A DNA stretch of 64,000 nt from Malacoraja senta (Eukaryota): NCBI GenBank assembly GCA_038087875.1, contig CM075994.1, positions 6,636,001-6,700,000 of the forward strand, read 5' to 3'. Position numbers and translations under genes: made by a program. Below, one piece after another: positions 39,411 through 51,885 of the stretch. The notes beneath the pieces are model-generated. The model saw nothing but the letters and a program-made list of their open reading frames with translations. It had not been told where the DNA came from and ran no database searches. Position 1 is the first letter of the stretch, and every line of letters starts with the position of its first letter.

Positions 39411-40259
39411 ATAACAAAATAAACCGATACCACTGCAAATCGAAACAGGAGTACGCCACTCGCCCCCTCGAACCAATCCCGCCATTGATCGTGACTGATC
39501 TGCCCCAGGCCTCATCTCATCTTCGGTGCCATTTCCCCAAACTCTCAGTTCCCTCATCTTTCAAATATAGATCTACTTCCTGTAAAATGCACACATGGAG
39601 CTGACTGCCACAAGCCGCCATGCCATAAAATTACAATGGTTCACTGTCCTCTGTAAGTCATTCCTTTGTTTAGTTTACTTTAGTTTACTTTAACTTACCT
39701 TAGCTTAACTTAGTTTAGCTTATCTGAGAGTGGTTTAACTTAGTTTAGCTTAGTTTAGTTTAGTTTGGTTTAGTTTAGTTCACTTTATATATATCTCTTG
39801 TTTCCCTTTCCCCTGACTCTAGTCTGGAAAAGGGTCTTGACCCGAAACGTCACCCATTCCTTCCTCAAGAGATGCTGCCTGTCCCGCTGAGTTACTCCAG
39901 CATTTTGTGTCTATATTAATTCCGTTCAGTTCATTTCAGTTTAGTTTATTGTCACCTCACGTGTACCGAGTTACAGTGTAAAGCTCTTTTGTTGCGTGCT
40001 AACCAGTCAGCGGAAAGACTATACTATAAGATCCCCTCTCATCCTTCTAAATTCCAGTGAATACAAGCCCAGTCATTCCATTCTTTCATTATATGACAGT
40101 CCCGCCATCCCGGGAATTAACCTCGTGAACCTACGCTGCACTTCCTCAATAGCAAGAATGTTCTAAATCCTTCTTGGGACTGCTTCCCACACCTCTCTAT
40201 CCTTTCTTAAACAAGGAGACCAGACCTGTACAGACTACCCCAGAAGTGGCCACACCTAC

Positions 40260-41054
40260 CCCTCTACATCGGGGACCTGGGATGGAGGGTACTGCACCGT
40301 GGAGTCCCGTGCAACCTGTTTATCTCCCGGTCCACAGACTCGACAGCCGCCTGCCAGTTTTGCGGGCTAGAACAGTCTGTGTTCCAAGATCTACACAAAA
40401 TGCTGGAGTGACTCAGCGGGACAGGCAGCATCACTGGAGAGAAGGAATGGGTGACGTTTCAGACTCATGTTTAAAGAAGGGTCTCGACCTGAAAGGTCGC
40501 CCATTTCTTCTCTCCAGAGATGCTGCCTGATTTAAACCAGCATCTTCTGTTCCTTTCTACAGAGTCTGTGTTCCACGTGTATATGGAGTGTGTGAGGTTG
40601 CAGCCCCTGTTCCAATATCTAAAGGGGCTGCTCCTTGCCCTCTGGCTGCACTTCACACCCACCATCCTCATCGTTGGACACCCTGTGCGTAGGGGAGAGG
40701 GTAGAGGGCTGAAGATGTCCTGGTTGCGTTGCTCCTGGGCCTGGCCAAGCTGGCCATCCGCCAGGCGGAAGAGGACTCAACACGAGTCGACTGCCTACCC
40801 CTTTTCCGGGGTTATGTCCGTGCCCGGGTAGCACTAGAGAGGGACTACGCGCTGTCCACGGGCACCCTGGGAGATTACTGGGACCGCTGGGCACCGCGGG
40901 GGGTGGAATGCATCCTTAATAAGGATGGGGAAATAGTAATTTAAAGGAAATTTGTTTTATACTTGTATCATGGTGGTGGGTTTTGTTTTGAATAATTCAG
41001 TATTGTACATATTATAGTAAATATTTGAATAAATCATTTTTGATTAACAAAAAA
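40260..41054 (+). mobile_element. Tx1/L1-like LINE 3' end (zf-RVT) with an internal Penelope palindrome (40393-40562)
   Basis: PLYIGDLGWRVLH, ESVFHVYMECVRLQPLFQYLKG, LLLGLAKLAI; AATAAA and A-rich tail. Confidence 0.8.
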
Positions 41055-41991
41055 GGAGTGGCCTCACCAACACCCTGCACAGCCCTCACAGGTCACGGGG
41101 AGAAGGTACAAACACCGTACAGACAGCACCCGGGGTCAGGATCGAACCCCGGTCTCTGTCGCTGTAAGGCAGCAACTCTACCACTGCGCCCATAGTTGAA
41201 GTTAGAGTGTAGTGTTCAAGAGCCTGATGGTTGTCGGGAAGAAGCTAATCTTGAACCTGGTGGTCACAGTTCTCATGTTCCTGTACCTTATTGCCGATGA
41301 TCTTATAGAGGTGTACAAAATCATGAGAGGAATAGATCGGGTAGATACACAGAGTCTATTGCCCAGAGTAAGGGAATCGAGGACCGGAGGACATAGGTTC
41401 AAGGTGAAGGGGAAAAGATTTAATAGGAATCTGAGGGGTGACTTTTTCACACAAAGGGTAGTGGGTGTATGGAACAAGCTGACAGAGGAGGTAGTTGAGG
41501 CTGTGAGTTAAGAAGGTAGAGGAGCTTGAAATCTGGAACATCCAGGTTCAGGAACAGGCTCTTCCCCACAACCATTCGGCTATTAAACATGACATCAAAC
41601 AAGCTCTGAACAATAACAGTCCATTATTACTATTGCACTTTATCTGTTTATTTATTGTGTATATATTTGGTCTATGGTCAAGAGACACACTGAACTTTTA
41701 TCTCCTGTTCTGTATTATGTTTAAATATTCTGTTGTGCTGCAATAAGCAAGAATTTCATTGTCCTATCTGGGACACATGACAATAAAACTCTCTTGAATC
41801 TTGACTTGACTCTTGACTATCCCATCGTTTAAGAAACAACTAGACAGGGACATAGATAGGACAGGCTTGGAGGGATATGGACCAAGCGCAGGCAAGTAGG
41901 TCTAGTGTAGCTGGACATGTTGGCTGGTGTGGGCAAGTTGGGCCGGTGGGCCTGTTTCCAGACTGTATCACTCTTTGACTCCATTAATCTA

Positions 41992-42127
<136 letters not shown>

Positions 42128-42217
42128 CACCTGAGGTGAGGACCAAACCCAGGTTCGCAGCGACTACCAGTGCCGTCCAAGTTACGAGATTTGAGGGGGG
42201 TAGGGGGTGGTTCGTAC

Positions 42218-42616
42218 CTGGCAGAGGGCAAAGGCTTCCTCTGTGGGGATCAGCGAGTTCCTGCCCTCCGATCCTAGCGCCAGGCAGCTGGGGCAGACCA
42301 GGGTGAGATCCTTCGGGCAGAAGAGCATTGGCAGGTCCCAGTGGGACGGGCACCGTCCCATGCCGTCCACGGGGCTGGGACCCAAGTTCAACAAGCCCAG
42401 GCTGGTCACCAAGGTGGCGAGGAGCTGGTTAGTCTTCAGCTCCCTCCTGGGGAACCCCTGGCAGCACTGCGGGCATGCAACGGTGCCCTTCTCTCCGCCC
42501 CACCGCCCCAAGATGCACGCCCTGCAGAAGTTGTGGCCGCAGTCCAGCGTGACGGGCTCTGAGTAGATGTGGGCGCAGATGGTGCAGCGGAGATTCTGCC
42601 CCAAGCTCTCAGCCAT
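42218..42616 (-). CDS. TRIM gene B exon 1: C3HC4 RING plus degenerate B-box, 133 aa
   Basis: agaATGG start; CTIC..EPVTLDCGHNFCRACI..W..CPQC RING; CPSH..LFCPKD..VCPSC B-box; CAG|gtacga donor, phase 0. Confidence 0.92.
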
Positions 42617-42939
42617 TCTTTCCTCTCTCCTCCCCGTCTCTCACTCTCTCTGTGCTGCTCAAAGACAACCACCCTCCACTCTGCACGCAGGCCACCACGG
42701 TATTTTTAGACACTGTACACTTCCTGCTTTCACTATGACTCCGCTGAGGGTGGTCAGTGTCACAAGGCAAGATGAAATGTGTCTCAACCAATGAGTCCTT
42801 CATTGAAGCTAGACACAAGAAGCTGGAGTAACTCAGCCCCTTCAGACCATACAGGCTGCAGGTCGGGGAGTAATGTACACAATTGGCATGGGGGGGAGGG
42901 TGGAATGCATCCTTAGTCAGAGGGTGGTGAATCTTTAAT

Positions 42940-43237
42940 TTGGTTTAGTTTAGAGATACAGTGCGGAAACAGGGCCTTCGGCCCACCGAGTCCGCACCGA
43001 CCAGCGATCCCCTCACATTAACACAATCCTGCACACACTAGGGACAATTGTTACATTTACACCAAGCCAATTAACCTACAAACCTGTACGTCTTTGGAGT
43101 GTGGGAGGAAACCGAAGATCTCGGAGAAAAATGTACAAACTCCGTACAGACAGCACCCGTAGTCGGGATCGAATCCGAGTCTCTGGCGCTGCAAGCGCTG
43201 TAAGGCAGCAACTCTACCGCTGCACCACCGTGGCCAC
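42940..43237 (-). mobile_element. Full-length V-SINE/HE1-like SINE
   Basis: Reverse-strand GGCCACGGTGGTGCAGCGGTAGAG head, core and (TAAAC)n tail. Confidence 0.85.
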
Positions 43238-43734
43238 CCACATCTGTGGAATAATTTGCCACAGAAGGCTGTGGAGGCCAAGTCAATAGGCAGAGATAGA
43301 TAGATTCTTGATTAGTACGGGTGTCAGAGGTTATGGGGAGAAGGCAAGAGAATGGAGTTGGGAGGGAGAGATAGTTCAGCCATGATTGAATGGCAGAGTA
43401 GACTTTTGATGGGCCGAATGGCGTAGTTCTACTCCTATTCCTTATGACATTGTGGGGAAATAGTTGTTTAATGGTATATTTGATATTGAAGACTACTTGT
43501 TTGACGCATTATGGTGGTGTGTTTTGTTTTGAATTATTTTGTTTCGTACATGTCATGGTAAATTGTTGAACACATTATTTTTGGTTGAATAAATAAATAA
43601 ATAAATATATATTTTAAAACAAAACAAACAAACAAACAAACAAAAAACAGAACAAGGTCCCGACTAGGAAAGGCTCCCTCTACACTATCCCGTCATACAC
43701 TCCCAGGGCATGTGTTAGTCCCGGTAATGGGCAT

Positions 43735-44420
43735 CAGACGACACACTATGCGGGAGTTGCCTGGCTTTTACTGCGATTTGCACAGAGTTAGGAATTTGGC
43801 CACCTTCAGCCAGGACGCTGCTCCTCCAGGGGAGGGGGGTGTTGTAGCTGCGAGAGTGGCCGGTCCTCACCATGTCACGGTGGGTATCGAGGAGCGGCGC
43901 GTACGTGGAACGATTCCGGCCGGGCTTACCCCTGCTCAGTCGGAATTGCTCATAGGACCCAAGGCCCAGGTCCTTTACTGAGAGCCGGCCCCGCGCAACA
44001 TGAGCCGCCTTTCCGAGATGCCCAGCGTGCTGTTCCGTGATGCGGAGAGACGTTTACTATACAGGTTGTTCCTGCACACTCTACACTTCCTTACCCTCGT
44101 CTTCCGTCCGGATACGCCTTGGCGGTCCGTGTTACCACCTGACGGCGGGAGCGGTCCCCAGTGGAGGTCTCTCTATGAGGGAGTCCTCCCCCTTTACATT
44201 GGGGACCTGGGATGGACAGTGTTGCACAAAGTCATGGTGTGTAACAGATATTTAAATCAGTTCACGGACTCGCCGGCCGGCTGTCACTTCTGCGGCGAGG
44301 AAGAGGCCTTGTTCCATATGTACATGGAGTGTGAGAGGCTGCAGCCCCTGTTCGAGTATCTGAAGTGGCTGCTCCTCAAGTTTTGGCTCCACTTTAGTCC
44401 GACGCTGCTGATTTTTGGGC
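43735..44420 (+). mobile_element. Tx1/L1-like ORF2 C-terminal fragment
   Basis: LPGFYCDL..W..LY..PLYIGDLGW..C.FCGEEE..FH.YMEC; direct paralog of 49560-50250. Confidence 0.8.
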
Positions 44421-45159
44421 ACACCACGACTCTGTGCAACACTCTCCACCCCAGGTCCCCGATGTAAAGGGGAGGACTCGCTTATAGAGAGACCTCCACT
44501 GGGGACCGCTCCCGCCGTCAGGTGGTGACACAGTCCGCCAAGGCGTGTCCGGACGGAAGACGAGGGTGAGGAAGTGTAGAGTGTGCAGGAACAAGCTGTA
44601 TAGTAAACGTCTCTTCACGTCACGGAACAGCACGCTGGGCATCTCAGAAGGGTGGCTCATGTTGCGCGGGGCCGGCTCTCGGTAAAGGACCTGGGCCTTG
44701 GGTCCTATGAGCAATTCCGACTGAGCGGGGGTAAGCCCGGCCGGAATCGTTCCACATACGCGCCTCTCCTCGATACCCACCGTGACATGGTGAGGACCGG
44801 CCACTCTCTCAGCTACAACACCCCCCTCCCCCTGAGGAGCAGTGTCCTGGCTGAAGGTGGCCAAATTCCTAACTCTGAGCAAATCGCAGTAAAAGCCAGG
44901 CAACTCCCGCATAGTGTGTCGACTGACACGTGCCCTTTTTTTTCCTTTTTACAAATACTTTTTATTCAGTAAACAAAAACAAACATACATAGTATTTACA
45001 CGATCAAGAGCTGCCTACATTGGCAGTTTAACCATATAACAATTACAGCACGGAAACAGGCCATCTCGGCCCTTCTAGTCCGTGCCGAACACTTATTCTC
45101 CCCTAGTCTCCCCTGGCTGCACTCAGACCATAACCCTCCATTCCTTTCCCGTCCATATA

Positions 45160-46763
45160 CAGTGGCTTGCAAAAGTTTTCATACCCCTTGAACTTTTCCA
45201 CATTTTGTTACGTTACAACCACAAACATAAATGTATTTTATTGGGATTTTATGTGATAGACCAACACAAAGTGGTGCATAATTGTGAAGTGGAAGGAAAA
45301 TAATACATGGTTTTCAAATAAAAAAATAAAAAAAACTGAAAAGTGTCGCGTGCAAAGGTATTCAGCCCCCCTGAGTCAATCCTTTGTAGAACCACCTTTC
45401 GCTGCAATTACAGCTGCAAGTCTTTTGGGGTATGTCTCTACCAGCTTTGCACATCTAGAGACTGAAATTTTTGCCCATTCTTCTTTGCAAAATAGCTCAA
45501 GCTCAGTCAGATTGGATGGAGAGCGTCTGTGAACAGCAATTTTCAAGTCTTGCCAGAGATTCTCAATTGGATTTAGGTCTGGACTTTGACTGGGCCATTC
45601 TAACACATGAATATGCTTTGATCTAAACCATTCCATTGTAGCTCTGGCTGTATGTTTAGGGTCGTTGTCCTGCTGGAAGGTGAACCTCTGCCCCAGTCTC
45701 AAGTCTTTTGCAGACTCTAACAGGTTTTCTTCCAAGATTGCCCTGTATTTGGCTCCATCCATCTTCCCATCAACTCTGACCAGCTTCCCTGCCCCTGCTG
45801 AAGAAAAACATCCCCACGGCATGATGCTGCCACCACCATGTTTCACAGTGGGGATGGTGTGTTCAGGGTGATGTGCAGTGTTAGGTTTCCGCCACACATA
45901 GCGTTTTGCATTTAGGCCAAAAACTTACATTTTGGTCTCATCTGACCAGAGCACCTTCCTCCACATGTTTGCTGTGTCCCCCACATGGCTTGTGGCAAAC
46001 TGCAAACGGGACATCTTATGGCTTTTTTTCAACAATGGCTTTCTTCTTGCCACTCTTCCATAAAGGCCCGATTTGTGGAGTGCACGACTAATAGTTGTCC
46101 TGTGGACAGATTCTCCCACCTGAGCTGTGGATCTCTGCAGCTCCTCCAGAGTTACCATGGGCCTCTTGGCTGCTTCTCTGATCAATGCTCTCCTTGCCTG
46201 GCCTGTCAGTTTAGGTGGACGGCCATGTCTTGGTAGGTTTGCAGTTGTGCCATACTCTTTCCATTTTCAGATGATGGATTGAACAGTGCTCTGTGAGATG
46301 TTGAAAGCTTGGGATATTTTTTTATAACCTAACCCTGCTTTAAACTTCTCCACAACTTTATCCCTGACCTGTCTGGTGTGTTCCTTGGGCTTCATGATGC
46401 TGTTTGTTCACTAATGTTCTCTAACAAACCTCTGAGGCCTTCACAGAACAGCTGTATTTATACTGAGATTAGATTATACACAAGTGGACTCTATTTACTA
46501 ATTAGGTGACTTCTGAAGGCAATTGGTTGCACTGGATTTTATTTAGGGGTATCAGAGTAAAGGGGGCTGAATACTTTTGCACGCAACACTTTTCAGTTTT
46601 TTATTTGTAAAAAAATTTGAAAACCATGTATCACTTCACAATTATGCACCACTTTGTGTTGGTCTATCACATAAAATCCCAATAAAATACATTTACGTTT
46701 GTGGTTGTAACGTGACAAAATGTGGAAAAGTTCAAGGGGTATGAATACTTTTGCAAGCCACTG
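45160..46763 (-). mobile_element. Tc1 (IR/DR, Passport-like) DNA transposon, copy 1
   Basis: TA|CAGTGGCTTGCAAAAG...CTTTTGCAAGCCACTG|TA; TIRs about 200 bp with an internal direct repeat. Confidence 0.96.
45376..46395 (-). pseudogene. DD34E transposase, 339 codons, two in-frame stops
   Basis: [29 protein letters not shown] at codon 43 and TAA at codon 157. Confidence 0.95.
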
Positions 46764-46860
46764 TACCTATCCAATCTATTTTTAAATGATAAAATCAAAC
46801 CTGCCTCCACCACTGCCACTGGAAGCTCATTCTGCACAGCTACCACTCTCTGAGTTTACA

Positions 46861-47630
46861 AACAAACAGTCATCAAATTCTATATATCTGCAACTTTATC
46901 AATAATACACTCGACCTCCCGTGGCGACCAGCGTTCATGGACGGCCTCCAGAGTCCCCGTGGACACCGCATGTTCCCTCTCCAGGGACACGTGGGCAGGA
47001 GTAGACCCCTCCTCCCCCTCACTCCCAACCCCCCCCCCCCCCCCTCTGTACGGGTGCGCAAATATCAGGCGCTTGGGGCTAAAATGCAGCCAAAACTTGA
47101 GGAGCATCCCCTTCAGATAGTCGAACAGGGGCACTACTGGGACTAACACTTTTTTTTTTAACACAAATATTTATTCCAAAAAACAAAATCAACATATAAA
47201 GTAGTATAGCATTCATATCAAAAGCTGCCTACATCGGCAGTTTACAAACAAGGCAAAAATTCAACTTAAAATCCCGCCATCCTTATCTATAATACAATCG
47301 ACCTCCCTCGGCAACCAGCGTTCACGGAAGGCCTCCAGCGTCCCCGTGGACACCGCGTGATCCATCTCCAGGGACACGCGGGCACGGACGTAACCCCGGA
47401 AAAGGGGCAGGCAGCCGACCCCTGTGCGGCCGTCGACTGCCCGCTGCCTGGACCCGCGAATGGCAATCTTGGCCAGGCCTAGGAGCAGACCGACAGGGAG
47501 ACCCCCTCCCTCCCTCCCTCCCGACCCTCCCCCCTCTGGAGGCCGTCCATGAACGCTGGTCGCCACGGGAGGTCGAGTGTATTATTGATAAAGTTGCAGA
47601 TATATAGAATTTGATGACTGTTTGTTTGTA
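46861..47630. mobile_element. Stacked Tx1/L1-like 3' ends forming the duplication spacer and inner arm ends
   Basis: Minus-strand PLFDYLKG.LLKFWLHFSP and LLLGLAKIAIRGSRQRA; poly-T at 47150-47159. Confidence 0.75.
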
Positions 47631-47723
47631 AACTCAGAGAGTGGTAGCTGTGTAGAATGAGCTTCCAGTGGCAGTGGTGGAGGCAGGTTTGATTTTATCA
47701 TTTAAAAATAGATTTGATAGGTA

Positions 47724-49326
47724 CAGTGGCTTGCAAAAGTATTCATACCCCTTGAACTTTTCCACATTTTGTCACGTTACAACCACAAACGTAAATGTAT
47801 TTTATTGGGATTTTATGTGATAGACCAACACAAAGTGGTGCATAATTGTGAAGTGATACATGGTTTTCAAATTTTTTTACAAATAAAAAACTGAAAAGTG
47901 TCGCGTGCAAAAGTATTCAGCCCCCTTTACTCTGATACCCCTAAATAAAATCCAGTGCAACCAATTGCCTTCAGAAGTCACCTAATTAGTAAATAGAGTC
48001 CACTTGTGTATAATCTAATCTCAGTATAAATACAGCTGTTCTGTGAAGGCCTCAGAGGTTTGTTAGAGTACATTAGTGAACAAACAGCATCATGAAGCCC
48101 AAGGAACACACCAGACAGGTCAGGGATAAAGTTGTGGAGAAGTTTAAAGCAGGGTTAGGTTATAAAAAAATATCCCAAGCTTTCAACATCTCACAGAGCA
48201 CTGTTCAATCCATCATCTGAAAATGGAAAGAGTATGGCACAACTGCAAACCTACCAAGACATGGCCGTCCACCTAAACTGACAGGCCAGGCAAGGAGAGC
48301 ATTGATCAGAGAAGCAGCCAAGAGGCCCATGGTAACTCTGGAGGAGCTGCAGAGATCCACAGCTCAGGTGGGAGAATCTGTCCACAGGACAACTATTAGT
48401 CGTGCACTCCACAAATCGGGCCTTTATGGAAGAGTGGCAAGAAGAAAGCCATTGTTGAAAAAAAGCCATAAGATGTCCCGTTTGCAGTTTGCCACAAGCC
48501 ATGTGGGGGACACAGCAAACATGTGGAGGAAGGTGCTCTGGTCAGATGAGACCAAAATTTAAGTTTTTGGCCTAAATGCAAAACGCTATGTGTGGCGGAA
48601 ACCTAACACTGCACATCACCCTGAACACACCATCCCCACTGTGAAACATGGTGGTGGCAGCATCATGCTGTGGGGATGCTTTTCTTCAGCAGGGACAGGG
48701 AAGCTGGTCAGAGTTGATGGGAAGATGGATGGAGCCAAATACAGGGCATTCTTGGAAGAAAACCTGTTAGAGTCTTCAAAAGACTTGAGCATGGGGCAGA
48801 GGTTCACCTTCCAGCAGGACAACGACCCTAAACATACAGCCAGAGCTACAATGGAATGGTTTAGATCAAAGCATATTCATGTGTTAGAATGGCCCAGTCA
48901 AAGTCCAGACCTAAATCCAATTGAGAATCTCTGGCAAGACTTGAAAATTGCTGTTCACAGACGCTCTCCATCCAATCTGACTGAGCTTGAGCTATTTTGC
49001 AAAGAAGAATGGGCAAAAATTTCAGTCTCTAGATGTGCAAAGCTGGTAGAGACATACCCCAAAAGACTTGCAGCTGTAATTGCAGCGAAAGGTGGTTCTA
49101 CAAAGGATTGACTCAGGGGGGCTGAATACCTTTGCACGCGACACTTTTCAGTTTTTTTTTTTTTAAATTTGAAAACCATGTATTATTTTCCTTCCACTTC
49201 ACAATTATGCACCACTTTGTGTTGGTCTATCACATAAAATCCCAATAAAATACATTTATGTTTGTGGTTGTAACGTGACAAAATGTGGAAAGGTTCAAGG
49301 GGTATGAAAACTTTTGCAAGCCACTG
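47724..49326 (+). mobile_element. Tc1 (IR/DR, Passport-like) DNA transposon, copy 2
   Basis: TA|CAGTGGCTTGC...GCAAGCCACTG|TA; same flanks as copy 1. Confidence 0.96.
48092..49111 (+). pseudogene. DD34E transposase, 339 codons, two in-frame stops
   Basis: MKPKEHTRQVRDKVVEK...; stops at 48218-48220 and 48560-48562; no frameshift; 34 residues between the second D and the E. Confidence 0.95.
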
Positions 49327-49555
49327 TATATGGACGGGAAAGGAATGGAGGGTTATGGTCTGAGTGCAGCTAGGGGAGACTAGGGGAGAATAAGTGTTCG
49401 GCACGGACTAGAAGGGCCGAGATGGCTTGTTTCCGTGCTGTAATTGTTATATGGTTAAACTGCCAATGTAGGCAGCTCTTGATCGTGTAAATACTATGTA
49501 TGTTTGTTTTCGTTTACTGAATAAAAAGTATTTGTAAAAAGGAAAAAAAAAGGGC

Positions 49556-50850
49556 ACGTGTCAGTCGACACACTATGCGGGAGTTGCCCTGGCTTTTACT
49601 GCGATTTGCTCAGAGTTAGGAATTTGGCCACCTTCAGCCAGGACACTGCTCCTCAGGGGGAGGGGGGTGTTGTAGCTGAGAGAGTGGCCGGTCCTCACCA
49701 TGTCACGGTGGGTATCGAGGAGAGGCGCGTATGTGGAACGATTCCGGCCGGGCTTACCCCTGCTCAGTCGGAATTGCTCATAGGACCCAAGGCCCGGGTC
49801 CTTTACCGAGAGCCGGCCCCGTGCAACATGAGCCACCCTTCCGAGATGCCCAGCGTGCCGTTCCGTGACGTGAAGAGACGTTTACTATACAGCTTGTTCC
49901 TGCACACTCTACACTTCCTCACCCTCGTCTTCCGTCCGGACACGCCTTGGCGGTCTGTGTCACCACCTGACGGCGGGAGGGGTCCCCAGTGGAGGTCTCT
50001 CTATAAGCGAGTCCTCCCCCTTTACATCGGGGACCTGGGGTGGAGAGTGTTGCACAGAGTCGTGGTGTGTAACAGATATTTAAATCAGTTCACGGACTCG
50101 CCGGCCGCCTGTAACTTCTGCGGCGAGGGATAGACCGTGTTCCACGTGTATATGGAGTGTGAGAGGTTGCAGCCCCTGTACCAGTATCTGAAGGGGCTGC
50201 TCCTCAAGTTCTGGCTGCATTTTAGTCCCACGATCCTGGTATTTGGGCACAAGGCAGGGAGGGGGGAGGGTCAATCAGGGGGGGGGGAGGGATCTCCCCG
50301 TTGGTCTGCTCCTGGGCCTGGGGGCCTGGCCAAGATGGCGATTCGCGGGTCCAGGCAGCGGGCGGTCGATGGTGACAACAGAGCCGGCTGCCTGACCTCC
50401 TCCGGGCCTATGTCCAGGCTCGCTTGTTCCTGGAGAGGGAACACGGGGTGTCCACGGGGACTCTGGAAGCCTTCCATGAATGCTGGTCGCCGGGGCGGGT
50501 CGAGAGCATTGTGGATGAAGGTGCCATTACTGTATTAGAATGATTGCCTGATGCAATGTGACTATTGAATGTTTTTGTACCTTCTGGTACACCGCAATAT
50601 GCAATAGTGTCCTTGGAAGGGGAAAAAAAAAGGGCAGGGACTGGAAAGGGCCGATTGGGAGGGTGGGATCTCCCTGTCGGTCAGCTCCTGGGCCTGGCAT
50701 AGATGGCCATCCACGAGTCCAGGCAGCGAGTAGTCGATGGTCACATGATAATGATCGCCTGATGTAATGTGAAAGTCTTTGTACCTTCTAATACTCTGTA
50801 AATTGCAATTACTGAATAAATAAAGTCTTTGTTAAGAAGTGGAAAAAAAA
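49556..50850 (+). mobile_element. Tandem Tx1/L1-like 3' fragments with A tails
   Basis: zf-RVT CNFCG..FHVYMEC; A runs at about 50622 and 50843. Confidence 0.8.
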
Positions 50851-51126
50851 AGCATTCATGGGAGCAGGAAAGCATTCTGGGACCGACGGGCACTGCAGTG
50901 AATTGACTGCAAGCTGGATCAGTGCAGTAACGTGGGGACTTATTGATGTTTAGTCCTTTGAAATTCTGTGATCATTTAATGCTTTGAAAGATTGACGGCT
51001 TTCGTGTCAGAGGTTGATGATTTGGCTGGGCGTTAAGTTGAGAAAATAATTGCATTTGCTTCAACTTTGCTGAAAGAGAGGAAGGGGACAGTTTCCTCTT
51101 CCTCTTTTGAACATCTGCCCGTCCCT

Positions 51127-51316
51127 GGGGGGGGGGAGGAGAGAGAGAGAGGTGGTGGAGAGAAAGAGGGGAGAGAGGGAGGGAGAGGGAGGGGGAGAGA
51201 GAGGGAGAGGGGGAGGGGGAGGGGAGTGGCGGGAGAGGGAGAGGGAGAGGGAGAGGGAGAGGGAGAGGGGGAGGGGAGGGGGAGGGGGAGGGAGATGGAG
51301 AGAGAGGGGGAGAGAC
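51127..51316. repeat. Polypurine (GGGAGA/GGGGA)n tract
   Basis: About 190 nt, almost exclusively G/A. Confidence 0.95.
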
Positions 51317-51448
51317 AGCGCCATTCGGCCCATTGATGCAGCACCGCCATTCAATATGATCATGGCTGATCATCTAAAATCAGTACCCCGTTCCTGCTTT
51401 TTTCCTATATTCCTTGATTCCTTTAGCCCTAAGGGCTAAAAGGGTCAA

Positions 51449-51885
<437 letters not shown>

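Larger units (their letters stand above)
44420..50069. repeat. Inverted segmental duplication: arms 44420-46953 and 47534-50069, 580-bp spacer
   Basis: Arms read as near-perfect reverse complements through the Tx1 fragment, CR1 tail, Tc1 element and Tx1 3' end. Confidence 0.95.

Noticed and set aside
45160..49326. Two independent or active Tc1 insertions
   Set aside because: Identical flanks and shared stop codons show one dead insertion that was later duplicated
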